Below, one piece after another: positions 62,690 through 64,000 of a stretch of DNA of 64,000 nt. How positions within the stretch are numbered: the first letter of the stretch is position 1; each line of letters begins with the position of its first letter. The position numbers were made by a program, and so were the translations under genes. Under the pieces are notes generated by a model, which was given only the letters and a program-made list of their open reading frames with translations, did no database searches and had not been told where the DNA came from. Source of the DNA: Podarcis pityusensis (lineage: Eukaryota); NCBI GenBank assembly GCA_964106645.2, contig OZ067039.1; one strand, given 5' to 3'.

Positions 62690-64000
62690 ATGTGTCATAG
62701 CGCCGCATTCCCATGCGTGCAACCGGGCAGAGTGAAGCGCCACAGAATTCCCAGCCCCGAGGAATAATATTTTATTATTATTATTATCGAGCACCAACAG
62801 CCTTAGAGCTCGAAAGTAAGCCGGTCAGCGAACTAACAAGCAGGAGAGCTATGTGACACGATAGTAGTTTTTGCTAAATGCTTCCGTGGGCAATTAATTG
62901 CCTGACTGTTGGCAGTAGCAAATTTATCCTCGGGGTCGGATTGGACCCGCTGGCGAGATCAGAAACGGGGATGTGGTGCATTCTAACGAGCAAAATTAAA
63001 AAAATCCTTCCTTCCTTTTTTTTTTTTTTTTTTGGACTATGGCAGACCAACACGGCTACCTATCTGTAACTCTAACGAGCAAAGTTTGTTCTGTCACGTT
63101 TCCGGGAATCTGTGCTGTGCGCGCGGGGGGAAGGACTGGAGACAAGAGCGGCAGTTCCTACGTTCTTCAAAGAGCAAGCGGCACCTTTGTGGGGCGGTAA
63201 GCCCCATCTCCCAAGCACCATAATTCGCTCGCGAGGCGGCGGCGGCGACGCGGCTTCCTTCCGTCTGCCGCTTGCCTTACGATACCCCTCACGCGCCGTC
63301 TCCCTGGCGGGACTGAGAAGCGCTCCTCCCGGCGCCCACTCGGAGGGCTCCTTACTCGAAGGGGCGTGGCCGTGAGGTAAGGGAACCTTGGATTCGAAGT
63401 CCTGTGCCCTGCGCGAGGCGTGGCTTGTTGCGCGGTGACGTAACGCGCTGCGTGGTGAGGTCAGTGCAGCCCCGCCGTTGCTGGTCCCGCTGCCCGTCGC
63501 TCTCTGCCCTGGTCTGTTCGCCGTGGTCCCCGACCCTTCCTACGGAGTGCGGCGCTTCCCCTTCACTCAGGGCCTTGCTGGATTTGGTCTGGTAGGAGGC
63601 TGGTGACAACGCGGCCTTCTCCGGCTCTCCGCCCGCCGTCAGGTAAGAGCTGGGCCGGGCCGGGAGAGGCTGCGGGGGTTGGTATTCTCCTTGTTCAGTT
63701 ACGTTGTCTTGTCGGCGTAACCCGCATTGCGTAATGTGACCGTTGCGTCAGGCGACTTACGCTTTTTGCGTCGAGGCCTATTGCGCAAAGGTCTTACGCG
63801 AGCCTCCTCAGCCTACGCTGCCTGGTGTCCCGTGCCCGCGCGTGAGCAGGGCGACTTCTCCCACCCCACTCCCCTCTGCATTTTCGCGGTGGACGGCTAA
63901 GTTTCACGGTGGGTTAATCGGGAACAAGATGTGGCTCGCTATTTCGCACGGTTACGCGGATTGCGGTAGGTGGTGTGGAAGGCTTATGGTGGCTACGCCG
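62690..64000 (+). promoter_or_regulatory. CpG island with candidate non-coding first exons of the next gene (BRD4 by synteny only)
   Basis: Very CpG-dense; CTCGCGAG at 63228; GC boxes; donors AG|GTAAGG at 63377 and AG|GTAAGA at 63643; no recognisable coding sequence. Confidence 0.7.

Overview
Vertebrate genomic DNA, almost certainly a squamate reptile (Sauria SINEs with ACCTTT tails, Squam3-like tRNA SINEs, CR1/L2 remnants, Tc1/mariner and hAT MITEs; a lacertid lizard is my guess). Three spliced + strand genes follow the mammalian order: the last six coding exons of WIZ (1-5652), complete AKAP8L (13384-32884, 13 coding exons, 634 aa) and complete AKAP8/AKAP95 (39472-57795, 14 coding exons, 708 aa, plus one candidate extra exon). 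A CpG-island promoter at the end (~62700-64000) would be BRD4 by synteny. Exons were reconstructed by hand from splice sites and phase; most ORF-track entries are spurious. I see no clearly new biological system. The best leads are: apparent absence of the PKA-RII anchoring helix in AKAP8, a (D/N)YG repeat expansion and an extra 39-nt exon in AKAP8, a GC-AG intron after an AKAP8L microexon, a possible spliced divergent transcript from the AKAP8L promoter, a palindrome-packed CpG-rich Tc2-like element, an intronic retro-insertion carrying a sense AATAAA, and a dense bZIP/TTACG motif cluster in the terminal CpG island. Comparisons to human proteins are from memory and need confirming by alignment.
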